This document shows positions 56,287 through 64,000 of a stretch of 64,000 nucleotides of DNA, in pieces. The notes below the pieces were generated by a model, which was given only the letters and a program-made list of their open reading frames with translations, did no database searches and was not told where the DNA came from. Where the stretch lies: NCBI GenBank assembly GCA_964496505.1, contig CAZBZV010000004.1, forward strand, positions 5,811 to 69,810. Reading direction: 5' to 3'. Source of the DNA: an uncultured Ignavibacteria bacterium. GTDB taxonomy: Bacteria > Zixibacteria > MSB-5A5 > JAABVY01. The position numbers and the translations under genes were made by a program. The first letter of the stretch is position 1. Every line of letters begins with the position of its first letter.

Positions 56287-56523
56287 ATGGGGAGTTTTCA
56301 AGTGTACGTTGTGAAGGAAGGAACTAATCCTGTTGTTGGAGTGCCAGTGCGGCTGGAATTCCGAGGGCATAAACCCGGTATGAGCGCTGAAAAGCGAACG
56401 GATATAAATGGCTCCGTGCAGTTTAATTATTACGAGGAGAGTGAAGTTGAGATCTTCATCGCGGGCCGCGATTGCGGGGCTTACAAGTACAAAAACGGAG
56501 AAAGCATTACAATAAAAACATAG
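56287..56523 (+). CDS. Small beta-rich hypothetical protein
   Basis: ORF from the track with a GGAGGGAG RBS. Confidence 0.4.
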   Translation: MGSFQVYVVKEGTNPVVGVPVRLEFRGHKPGMSAEKRTDINGSVQFNYYEESEVEIFIAGRDCGAYKYKNGESITIKT

Positions 56524-57157
56524 AAAAAATCTCTGCCCTTCTATGGTAGGGAGACCTGGAGGATAAAAAGGGAGGTCCCAAAAGGGCCTCCCTACTGAAA
56601 ACAGATAGTATGATGGTAAGCGAATACTTAAATTGAGGTTTCAACTCGTGTAAATTGTTGAAACTTGAAGGGATACTCACCAGCAGTAATATAAGACAAT
56701 GCGTGGATCGGTCAAGGGAGAATTTAGCAAATATGGATTATGCAATCCATAGAGGAGACGGAAGAAATTTAGAGCAGGTAAGCTTGCGAGAGAGACTTAC
56801 CCCTCCATGAATTAAGAGAAAGAGAGTACGTCGCTCGAGGCGATTTAAATGCTGATGTCCCTCAAATGTCTATAGGCGATCTACATGGATGTTATCGGCA
56901 TGTGTTAAATATACTTGAGAATATTTATATGTATACTATAGTTTAAAATGCCAAAAGATAATCTGATGAAAACGATTGAATATAAAGCCAGGGAGGCTGC
57001 CAGAACTGAGGGGGGTATGAAAAAAGGAGGCTCTTACAGGCCTCCCTGGATGAAATCATCCGAAGTTCAAGAAGCTCTGGATGGGTGGGAAATATTTTAT
57101 AAGGAGTGACAATACACTTGAATTATTATAACTTACCTGACTCGTTGGTGGATACGA

Positions 57158-59464
57158 ATGGCCATACAATATTATTCTCATAGCGAAAATTTATGCGGGG
57201 ATCACAATCCATTGTCTGATCATCTCATTGGCGTGGCCAAGCTCGCCCGAGAATTTGGTACTCCATTAGGAATAGAAAAGGAATCCGAGCTTGCCGGAAT
57301 TCTGCATGACCTTGGTAAATATGGTGATTTATTTCAGAAACGTTTACGCGGTGAAATTAGAGGTATTGATCACTGGTCTGCCGGAGCCTGGACTGCCATT
57401 CAAAGATATAAGCAAAATGGCATAGCCTCTGCCCTGGCAATCCAGGGACACCATATAGGCCTGCAGGAGGTCTCTAAGGATGCCCTGCAAGGAATGGACT
57501 TGCAAGCATTATCAGAGCAGCATCCATTAAATCTGAGGCTGTCTGAACAAGATTTGAATAATCTGATTTATCGGCTCAAGGCAGATGGCTTAACACTGCC
57601 AAATGATTTAAATCATTCACTATTTGATATTAGCGAGTCGAATAAAACCCCAGCCTCATCGATGCTTGACTTTCGAATGCTGTATTCCATTCTTGTAGAT
57701 GCTGATTATTTAGATACTGAAGCACATTTCAATGCAGAATCAGCAGGCATAAAAAACTATCGAAAACAAGGACAATCTATCAAATCTCATGAGGCATTTA
57801 ATATTCTTCTATCATATATTAAAATCCTCGCAAAAAACTCAACTTCAGCTATAAAAATGAATGACTTGCGAGCAAAGCTGCTTGAAGATTGCTTATCAGC
57901 CGCTGAACGCCAAACCGGATCATTTAATCTTTCAGCCCCAACAGGCTCAGGAAAAACACTTAGCATGATGGCATTCGCCTTAAAGCATGCTATCAAGAAT
58001 GATCTAAGAAGGATTATTATTGTCATCCCTTATTTGAGCATTATTGAGCAAACTGCCCGGGTGCTGAAAAACATATTGTCTGACAAATTCGGAAAAGATT
58101 ACATTATCGAAGATCATAGTCTGGTTGAATCAGGAGCAAGCAGTAATGTTAATTCCGATTCACGGCAAGCAAAACTGTTATCAGAGAATTGGGATGCTCC
58201 AGTAATAATCACAACCAGCGTACAATTCTTGGAATCAATCTTCAGCAACCGACCGTTTAGATGTCGCAAGCTCCACAGAATGGCCAAAAGCGTTGTTCTT
58301 TTTGATGAAGTTCAGACACTTCCAACCCATGCGATTATTCCAACGCTTGCAACCCTCTCACGCATTTGTGAGAGATATGGTTCTTCTATAGTCTTCTCTA
58401 CGGCGACTCAGCCCGCTTTTAATCATTTGCATAAACATGTTTCTGTTCTCTGCAACCAAGGTTGGGAACCATCGGAAATTGTAAATGATCATCAGTCCAT
58501 GTTCAAGAGGGCCAGTCGAGTGAGTGTCTCTTGGCCTAACGAGAATGAAAGAGTACCATGGGAACAGTTGGCTGGGATGCTGACTAAACACTCCCAGGTA
58601 CTGTGCATTGTCAATTTAAAACGGCATGCCCATACTCTTATTGATGAATTGGCAAAAACCGATAATACAGGGTTGCTGCATTTATCAACAAACATGTGCC
58701 CTGCCCATCGCGCGACGGTTTTAGAGCATGCCTCTCAAATGCTTGGAGAAGGCTCCCAATGCAGGCTCATATCCACTCAATGTATTGAAGCCGGAGTAGA
58801 TATTGATTTCCCGGTCGTTTACAGGGCATTCGGCCCTCTCGATTCTATAGCCCAGGCCGCGGGCAGGTGTAATCGCAATGGCAATAATGATCTGGGGAAT
58901 GTGACTGTCTTTATCCCCGACGAACCATGGAGTAAATCATATCCAGATGGAGCTTATAAACAGGCAGCAGAAGTAACAGCTTTAATATTGAAAAGATGCG
59001 GAACATCGAAAGCTGATATCACAGATACAAATCTTTTCGAAGATTATTTTCGGGAGCTTTATTCTATCAGAAATATTGGAAATGATAAAACGGAATTAAC
59101 AATAGCAATAAAAAGACTTGATTTTGTGACCACCGCTAAGAAATACTATGTTATTAAGAATCAGGATACTATCAGGATTTTGGTACCATATGATTTGAAG
59201 GACTATTCACAATTAAGAGAAGCATTGGATGAGAAGGGTCTTACGAAGGAATGGATAAATTCTGCACAATACCATAGCATTAACATTTTCAGGCCGAAGC
59301 CGGATTCAAATGCATGGAATTACCTCGATCCCGCCCCTATAGGGCCAAGAATAAAACATAATAGAGAAAAATCAGATAGCTGGTATGTTTATTTGGATGA
59401 GGAACATTACGATGCAATTAAGGGATTGCTGATACCCAAAGACACTGAATACATAATTGCTTAA
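57158..59464 (+). CDS. cas3: Cas3 HD-nuclease/helicase (type I)
   Basis: HD motif ILHDLGKY. Helicase Walker A SAPTGSGKT and the DExQ box LFDEVQ. Confidence 0.9.
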   Translation: MAIQYYSHSENLCGDHNPLSDHLIGVAKLAREFGTPLGIEKESELAGILHDLGKYGDLFQKRLRGEIRGIDHWSAGAWTAIQRYKQNGIASALAIQGHHIGLQEVSKDALQGMDLQALSEQHPLNLRLSEQDLNNLIYRLKADGLTLPNDLNHSLFDISESNKTPASSMLDFRMLYSILVDADYLDTEAHFNAESAGIKNYRKQGQSIKSHEAFNILLSYIKILAKNSTSAIKMNDLRAKLLEDCLSAAERQTGSFNLSAPTGSGKTLSMMAFALKHAIKNDLRRIIIVIPYLSIIEQTARVLKNILSDKFGKDYIIEDHSLVESGASSNVNSDSRQAKLLSENWDAPVIITTSVQFLESIFSNRPFRCRKLHRMAKSVVLFDEVQTLPTHAIIPTLATLSRICERYGSSIVFSTATQPAFNHLHKHVSVLCNQGWEPSEIVNDHQSMFKRASRVSVSWPNENERVPWEQLAGMLTKHSQVLCIVNLKRHAHTLIDELAKTDNTGLLHLSTNMCPAHRATVLEHASQMLGEGSQCRLISTQCIEAGVDIDFPVVYRAFGPLDSIAQAAGRCNRNGNNDLGNVTVFIPDEPWSKSYPDGAYKQAAEVTALILKRCGTSKADITDTNLFEDYFRELYSIRNIGNDKTELTIAIKRLDFVTTAKKYYVIKNQDTIRILVPYDLKDYSQLREALDEKGLTKEWINSAQYHSINIFRPKPDSNAWNYLDPAPIGPRIKHNREKSDSWYVYLDEEHYDAIKGLLIPKDTEYIIA

Positions 59465-59498
59465 TCATACACATTTAATTAAATCTATGGGAGGAATC

Positions 59499-60248
59499 AT
59501 GAAATCAAAGGATCAGGCCTTGGAGGTCTGGGGCGATTTTGCCTGCTTTACAAGGCCGGAGATGAAAGCGGAACGATTCAGCTATCCTGTGATTACGCCT
59601 TCTGCGGCTCGCGGCATTTTCGATGCCATTTACTGCAAGCCGGAGCAATTCCGATGGCAAATCACAAAGGTTGAAATCATATCCTTACCAAGCTATATCG
59701 CTTTGAGGAGAAATGAGGTTAAGGAGAAGATTAGCACAAAGGCAATTCAGGCTTATATCAAGGGTAAAAAAGACCCTGTGCCAATATTTGCTGACGGTGA
59801 TATCAGACTAACAGGATCTGATGTCAAGGGCCGTACACAGAGGCAAACCATGGCATTGCGTGATGTGCACTATCATTTACATGCCGAAATTCGTCCCTGG
59901 CCGGAGTATGAGGATCGCATTCAGGATTTTGAGGCACAATTCAGGCGGAGGGCATCTAAGGGGAAATGTTTCCAGCAGCCATATTTCGGATGCCGTGAAT
60001 TTCCCGCATTTTTCCGGCTAATCGAACTCCATGAGGAGCAGTCAAAAACAATTGATCAAGACTTGGGGGATATGGGATGGATGGTATATGATGTTTTTGA
60101 TCTGGCTAATAAAGGCAAAAGCGACAGCAAACCTTTTATCAGCCTTTTTAAACCATCCATTGAAAACGGTGTATTGCATATTCCATCATACGACTCTGAT
60201 GAAGTTATCAAACCTAATCAGGGAGGTTACGATGCTGCATCTACTTAA
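59499..60248 (+). CDS. cas5c: Cas5c (Cas5d) of type I-C
   Basis: N-terminus MKSKDQALEVWGDFACFTRPE is the Cas5c hallmark. Start moved to 59499, which has a GGGAGG RBS 5 nt upstream; the track start 59457 overlaps cas3. Confidence 0.85.
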   Translation: MKSKDQALEVWGDFACFTRPEMKAERFSYPVITPSAARGIFDAIYCKPEQFRWQITKVEIISLPSYIALRRNEVKEKISTKAIQAYIKGKKDPVPIFADGDIRLTGSDVKGRTQRQTMALRDVHYHLHAEIRPWPEYEDRIQDFEAQFRRRASKGKCFQQPYFGCREFPAFFRLIELHEEQSKTIDQDLGDMGWMVYDVFDLANKGKSDSKPFISLFKPSIENGVLHIPSYDSDEVIKPNQGGYDAAST

Positions 60249-61989
60249 GGATTATGCTGAGAGACACGGCATTGTGGCTGAACCGGGTTTCACGAGAATG
60301 GATATTAAATGGGCAATTATCTGCGATGATTCCGGCCAATTTGAAGAGATTATTGAGTTGGGCAATCCGGAAGATAAAAGAAACACAGGTATTACATTTT
60401 TAAAAGTCCCAGATATCAGCTTTACCAGCGGTGGGAAAAAGATGAGCAAGCCCCTGTGGGAAACCGCGAAGGTGATCGCTTTTCTTGGCTCCCCAGCTGA
60501 TGATGAGAGTATTAAACCTAAGCATAAATACTTTATTGACCAGCTAAAATCAGCCTCGGAATACTATAGCCCTCTGACCAACATATCTGAGCAGTTAAGT
60601 AATTCAGGTACTGTCGAATGGCTAAGATCGAAAATGGACGATCTTGGAATAAAGCCAACTGATAAGATCACATTTAAAATCGGCCCGGAGTATATAATCG
60701 ATCTTGAAGATTGCCAGGAATGGTGGAGGAAAATTCATAAATCCTCGAAGAAGAAAAAGGCCAAAAAGAAAAGCGTGGATGAAATGCTCTGCCTTATGAC
60801 TGCGGAACAGACAAGGCCAGCACTAATCCATAACAAAATAAAGCAACTCGCCAATGTTGGCGGGCAGGCCTCGGGTGATGCCTTGATTAGCTTCAAGCAG
60901 GAATCTTTCCAGTCATTTGGACTCCCAAGTTCAGCCAATGCCCCTGTTTCTGAAGAGAATATGACCACTTATACTCAGGCTCTAAATGTGCTCATTAATG
61001 AATCCGGCAGAAAGTTGGGAGATACCAAAATTGTCCATTGGTTCAAAAATCGAATCAGGCCTGAGGATGATCCGCTTAGCTGGCTTGTCGAGTCAGAGGA
61101 GATTAGCGAGCTAAATGCTCAGCAACGGGCAAAAGAGATGCTTGACAGCATCAGATCCGGAAAAAAACCGGAATTGCATGATAATTTCTACTACGCCTTA
61201 ACTGTCTCTGGTGCGAGCGGAAGGGTCATGGTCCGTGACTGGATGGAAGGCCAGTTCTCGGATTTAGTCGAGAACATAAACACATGGTTCGATGATCTAT
61301 CGATTGTCAATCGAAATGGCTCTGGCCTTGCACCTCCGCCGAAATTCATATCCGTTCTCGGGGCATCGGTCAGGGTATTGGATGATTTGCATACACCATT
61401 TGTCGCAAAAATGTGGCGGAGGGCTCTTAAGGGTGAGACCTTCCCTGCCTTCGCTCTGGCTGGAGCAGTCAAGAGAATGAAGATTGATATCATCAACGAT
61501 GAGCCCGCCAACCATGCCCGGGCAGGTCTGTTAAAAGCATATTTTGTTCGAAAAGAAAGATTTTATGGAAAGGATATAACTATGCAACCTTATCTGAACG
61601 AGGATCATCCTCATCCCGCATATCATTGCGGCCGATTACTTGCGGTTCTGGCAGCGTTACAGCGCAGAGCCCTGGGAGATGTTGGGTCCGGTATTATTCA
61701 GAGGTATTACACATCGGCATCCGCAACCCCCGCCCTTGTGCTTGGTAAACTCACCAGCGTCAGCCAGCATCATCTGAATAAAATTGAATCTGGAGGACTG
61801 AAGTACTGGTATGAAGGGAAAATTGCTGACATCTGGAGCAGGATCAAGGACCAGATTCCCGGAACGCTTTCTCTCGAAGAGCAAAGCCTCTTTGCTCTCG
61901 GATATTATCAGCAGATTGCCGATCTGCGAACCCGCAAAGTTGAAGCTATTGAAACAAATGAAGAATCAGGGGAGGTAGAAAATGTCTGA
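60232..61989 (+). CDS. cas8c: Cas8c (Csd1) large subunit of type I-C
   Basis: Position after cas5c and before cas7c. Start set at [13 protein letters not shown] (60232), which has a GGGAGG RBS; the track start 60031 overlaps cas5c. Confidence 0.8.
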   Translation: MLHLLKDYAERHGIVAEPGFTRMDIKWAIICDDSGQFEEIIELGNPEDKRNTGITFLKVPDISFTSGGKKMSKPLWETAKVIAFLGSPADDESIKPKHKYFIDQLKSASEYYSPLTNISEQLSNSGTVEWLRSKMDDLGIKPTDKITFKIGPEYIIDLEDCQEWWRKIHKSSKKKKAKKKSVDEMLCLMTAEQTRPALIHNKIKQLANVGGQASGDALISFKQESFQSFGLPSSANAPVSEENMTTYTQALNVLINESGRKLGDTKIVHWFKNRIRPEDDPLSWLVESEEISELNAQQRAKEMLDSIRSGKKPELHDNFYYALTVSGASGRVMVRDWMEGQFSDLVENINTWFDDLSIVNRNGSGLAPPPKFISVLGASVRVLDDLHTPFVAKMWRRALKGETFPAFALAGAVKRMKIDIINDEPANHARAGLLKAYFVRKERFYGKDITMQPYLNEDHPHPAYHCGRLLAVLAALQRRALGDVGSGIIQRYYTSASATPALVLGKLTSVSQHHLNKIESGGLKYWYEGKIADIWSRIKDQIPGTLSLEEQSLFALGYYQQIADLRTRKVEAIETNEESGEVENV

Positions 61990-62932
61990 ACCAATTAAAA
62001 ATCGTTATGAATTTATGCTGCTTTTTGAGTGTGAAAATGGAAATCCCAATGGCGATCCTGATGCAGGCAACGCGCCACGCATAGATCCGCAGGACTTACA
62101 TGGGCTTGTCTCAGATGTTGCACTGAAAAGGAGGCTACGCAATTATGTTCAAATTGCAAAGGGCAATAAAATGCCCTATTCCATCTTCATTGAGCACTCC
62201 ACAAATCTAAACACAAAAATAGTAAGATCACATGAAGAAACAGAAGGCGGTTTAGGAGATGGTTCAAAGGGTGCCAAAAAGGAAAAGGTGGATTTGGCGA
62301 AGCGCTGGATGTGTGATAATTTCTTTGACATACGGGCTTTTGGTGCAGTAATGAGCACAGGCCCGAATTCAGGCCAGGTTCGCGGTCCTGTGCAGTTCTC
62401 TTTCGCACGTTCAGTCGATCCAGTGCTTCCACTCGATCTGTCAATAACTCGCATGGCTGTGGCGGAAAATGTCAAGGGTGCAAAATCAAGCGCTGACTAC
62501 GAAAAATGGGAAAGCGAGCAGCCGGAAGACAAGCTTCGGACAATGGGACGGAAAGAATTGATACCCTATGGCCTTTACGTGGCCAAGGGTTTTATCAGCG
62601 CTAATCTTGCGCAAGAGACTGGATTTGGCGATAATGATCTTGAGCTTTTGTGGGAAGCATTATTGAATATGTATGAGCATGATAGGTCTGCCAGTAAAGG
62701 ACATATGGCGGTCAGAAATCTTTTCATATTTAAGCATGTTGGTACTGATACTGACCAGGAACAGCGAGTCAGGGAAGCCATACTTGGATGCGCCCCCGCG
62801 CATAAATTGTTTGATCTTGTAAAGATTAATAAGAAAGAAGATGTTAAAGCCCCGCGAAAATATGTGGATTATGATGTCAACATAGATGAGGGTAGCCTGC
62901 CCTCAGGGGTAGAGTTGATAAGGAAATCGTAG
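61982..62932 (+). CDS. cas7c: Cas7c (Csd2) of type I-C
   Basis: N-terminus [24 protein letters not shown] is the Csd2 hallmark. Confidence 0.9.
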   Translation: MSEPIKNRYEFMLLFECENGNPNGDPDAGNAPRIDPQDLHGLVSDVALKRRLRNYVQIAKGNKMPYSIFIEHSTNLNTKIVRSHEETEGGLGDGSKGAKKEKVDLAKRWMCDNFFDIRAFGAVMSTGPNSGQVRGPVQFSFARSVDPVLPLDLSITRMAVAENVKGAKSSADYEKWESEQPEDKLRTMGRKELIPYGLYVAKGFISANLAQETGFGDNDLELLWEALLNMYEHDRSASKGHMAVRNLFIFKHVGTDTDQEQRVREAILGCAPAHKLFDLVKINKKEDVKAPRKYVDYDVNIDEGSLPSGVELIRKS

Positions 62933-62933
62933 C

Positions 62934-63656
62934 ATGTTTTCTGAAGATGATCTGCTGCCGATTTCCGCTCTGCAGCATCTAGCATTCTGCAAAAGACAGT
63001 GGGGATTAATGTACCTCGAGGGTATATGGGCTGAGAACCTTCTCACTGTGGAAGGTTCTCAGCTTCATGAAAAGGCTGACGAGCCCTCACACCAAATACA
63101 GGATGGTGTCTTGATTGCCCGGGGTCTAAAGCTTAGATCATTGAGAATCGGTCTGATTGGCAGAGCTGATGTCGTTGAATTTCATAATATCCCGCTCAAA
63201 CACTTGTTGGCTGGGAGAGAGGACAATGTATCAAATACACCAAACATATTCGATTTGATTAAACGGGAAATGGACATTGTCCCCTTCCCTGTCGAATACA
63301 AACACGGTAAGCCTAAAATCGATTTATGCGATGAAGTCCAGCTTTGCGCGCAGGCATTGTGCCTGGAGGAAATGCTGGAGATCGAAGCGCCGCGGGGGGC
63401 GATTTTCTACGGAAAACCACGGCGTAGAACAGGTGTCGATTTCGATGACAAATTGAGAAGAGCAACAGAAGAATATGCTGCCGAATTGCACCATTTGACT
63501 CTCCTTGGCAAAACACCTATTGCCAAATACGAAAAAAAGTGCAAAAGCTGTTCCATTATGGATTACTGTCTGCCAAAATCTGCCGGACATGGAAAAAGCG
63601 CCAGGAAATATATCTCCGATCAGATTGATCAGCAGTTGTCTGATACCGAGGATTGA
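62934..63656 (+). CDS. cas4: Cas4 RecB-like nuclease with an Fe-S cluster
   Basis: An N-terminal Cys plus the C-terminal CKSCSIMDYC cluster. About 240 aa, located between cas7c and cas1. Confidence 0.85.
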   Translation: MFSEDDLLPISALQHLAFCKRQWGLMYLEGIWAENLLTVEGSQLHEKADEPSHQIQDGVLIARGLKLRSLRIGLIGRADVVEFHNIPLKHLLAGREDNVSNTPNIFDLIKREMDIVPFPVEYKHGKPKIDLCDEVQLCAQALCLEEMLEIEAPRGAIFYGKPRRRTGVDFDDKLRRATEEYAAELHHLTLLGKTPIAKYEKKCKSCSIMDYCLPKSAGHGKSARKYISDQIDQQLSDTED

Positions 63657-63658
63657 AC

Positions 63659-64000
63659 CATGAAAAAGATGTTGAATACGCTGTATGTAACCGTTCCGGA
63701 CGCATACTTATCCAAGGATGGCGAGAATGTTGTGGTAAGCATCGAAAATGAGAAGAAAATGAGGATTCCGATCCATAACCTGGATGGCATCGTCTGCTTC
63801 GGGCATGTCCTCTGTACCCCGGCCCTTCTGGGACTTTGCGCCTCGAGAAATGTATCTGTTACCTTTCTAAGTATGTATGGTCGATTTATGGCCAGAGTTC
63901 AGGGTCCTGTTTCCGGTAATGTGCTATTGCGAAGAGAACAATACAGGCTTGCTGATAATCCTGATTTTTGTACTGAGATTTCATCCGGAATAATATTTGC
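63659..64000 (+). CDS. cas1: Cas1 (N-terminal part; truncated by the window end)
   Basis: Manual translation gives MKKMLNTLYVTVPDAYLSKDGENVVVSIENEKKMRIPIHNLDGIVCFGHV, a typical type I-C Cas1 N-terminus. Confidence 0.85.

Noticed and set aside
56600-56720. gtttcaac...gttgaaac motif as a possible degenerate CRISPR repeat
   Set aside because: It is a single short hairpin with no periodic repeat-spacer structure. The type I-C array is expected downstream of cas1, outside this window.
60031-60248. 5' extension of cas8c in the ORF track
   Set aside because: It overlaps cas5c by 218 nt. The Met at 60232 has a GGGAGG RBS and starts the conserved Csd1 N-terminus.

Overview
This 64-kb window has four parts. 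(1) 1-2.7 kb is a host flank, all on the minus strand: a secreted papain-like C1 cysteine peptidase that runs off the window start, an AT-rich spacer carrying a tRNA 3'-end-like fragment plus two short tandem repeats, and a dockerin-like/Fib_succ_major-domain protein (suggesting a Fibrobacteres/FCB-group or related host). (2) About 2.85-53.9 kb is a ~50-kb myovirus-like prophage, almost entirely on the minus strand. Read in the direction of transcription from ~52.9 kb down to ~2.9 kb it carries: an excisionase-like HTH protein; a recombination/replication/accessory block; a probable tRNA-Gly-like gene; terminase; the head module; the head-tail joining and contractile-tail module, with an OmpX/Lom-like outer-membrane moron inserted after the tape measure gene; the baseplate, interrupted by two signal-peptide proteins, one of them a 960-aa beta-helix protein; a putative fibre; lysis genes and a terminator. 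The accessory block includes an excisionase-like protein, a single-chain SbcD-SbcC (Mre11-Rad50) fusion, a minimal poly(A)-polymerase/CCA-head nucleotidyltransferase, a HerA/DUF87-like ATPase with twin winged-helix repeats, a Gp37/Gp68 protein, a patatin-like phospholipase, two ParB-like nuclease-domain proteins, a replication initiator, a DnaC-like loader, RusA and a secreted-protein moron. A divergent AbrB-like / XRE (cI-like) switch sits at 53.0-53.9 kb. No integrase or unambiguous att sites are visible. (3) 54.2-56.5 kb, co-oriented downstream of the repressor, is a four-gene cassette of uncharacterised membrane and small proteins. By position it is a cI-rexAB-like candidate superinfection-exclusion or abortive-infection system, and it is the best candidate for something new here. 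(4) 57.2-64.0 kb is a type I-C CRISPR-Cas operon on the plus strand, cas3-cas5c-cas8c-cas7c-cas4-cas1 (cas1 truncated). No CRISPR array lies inside the window.
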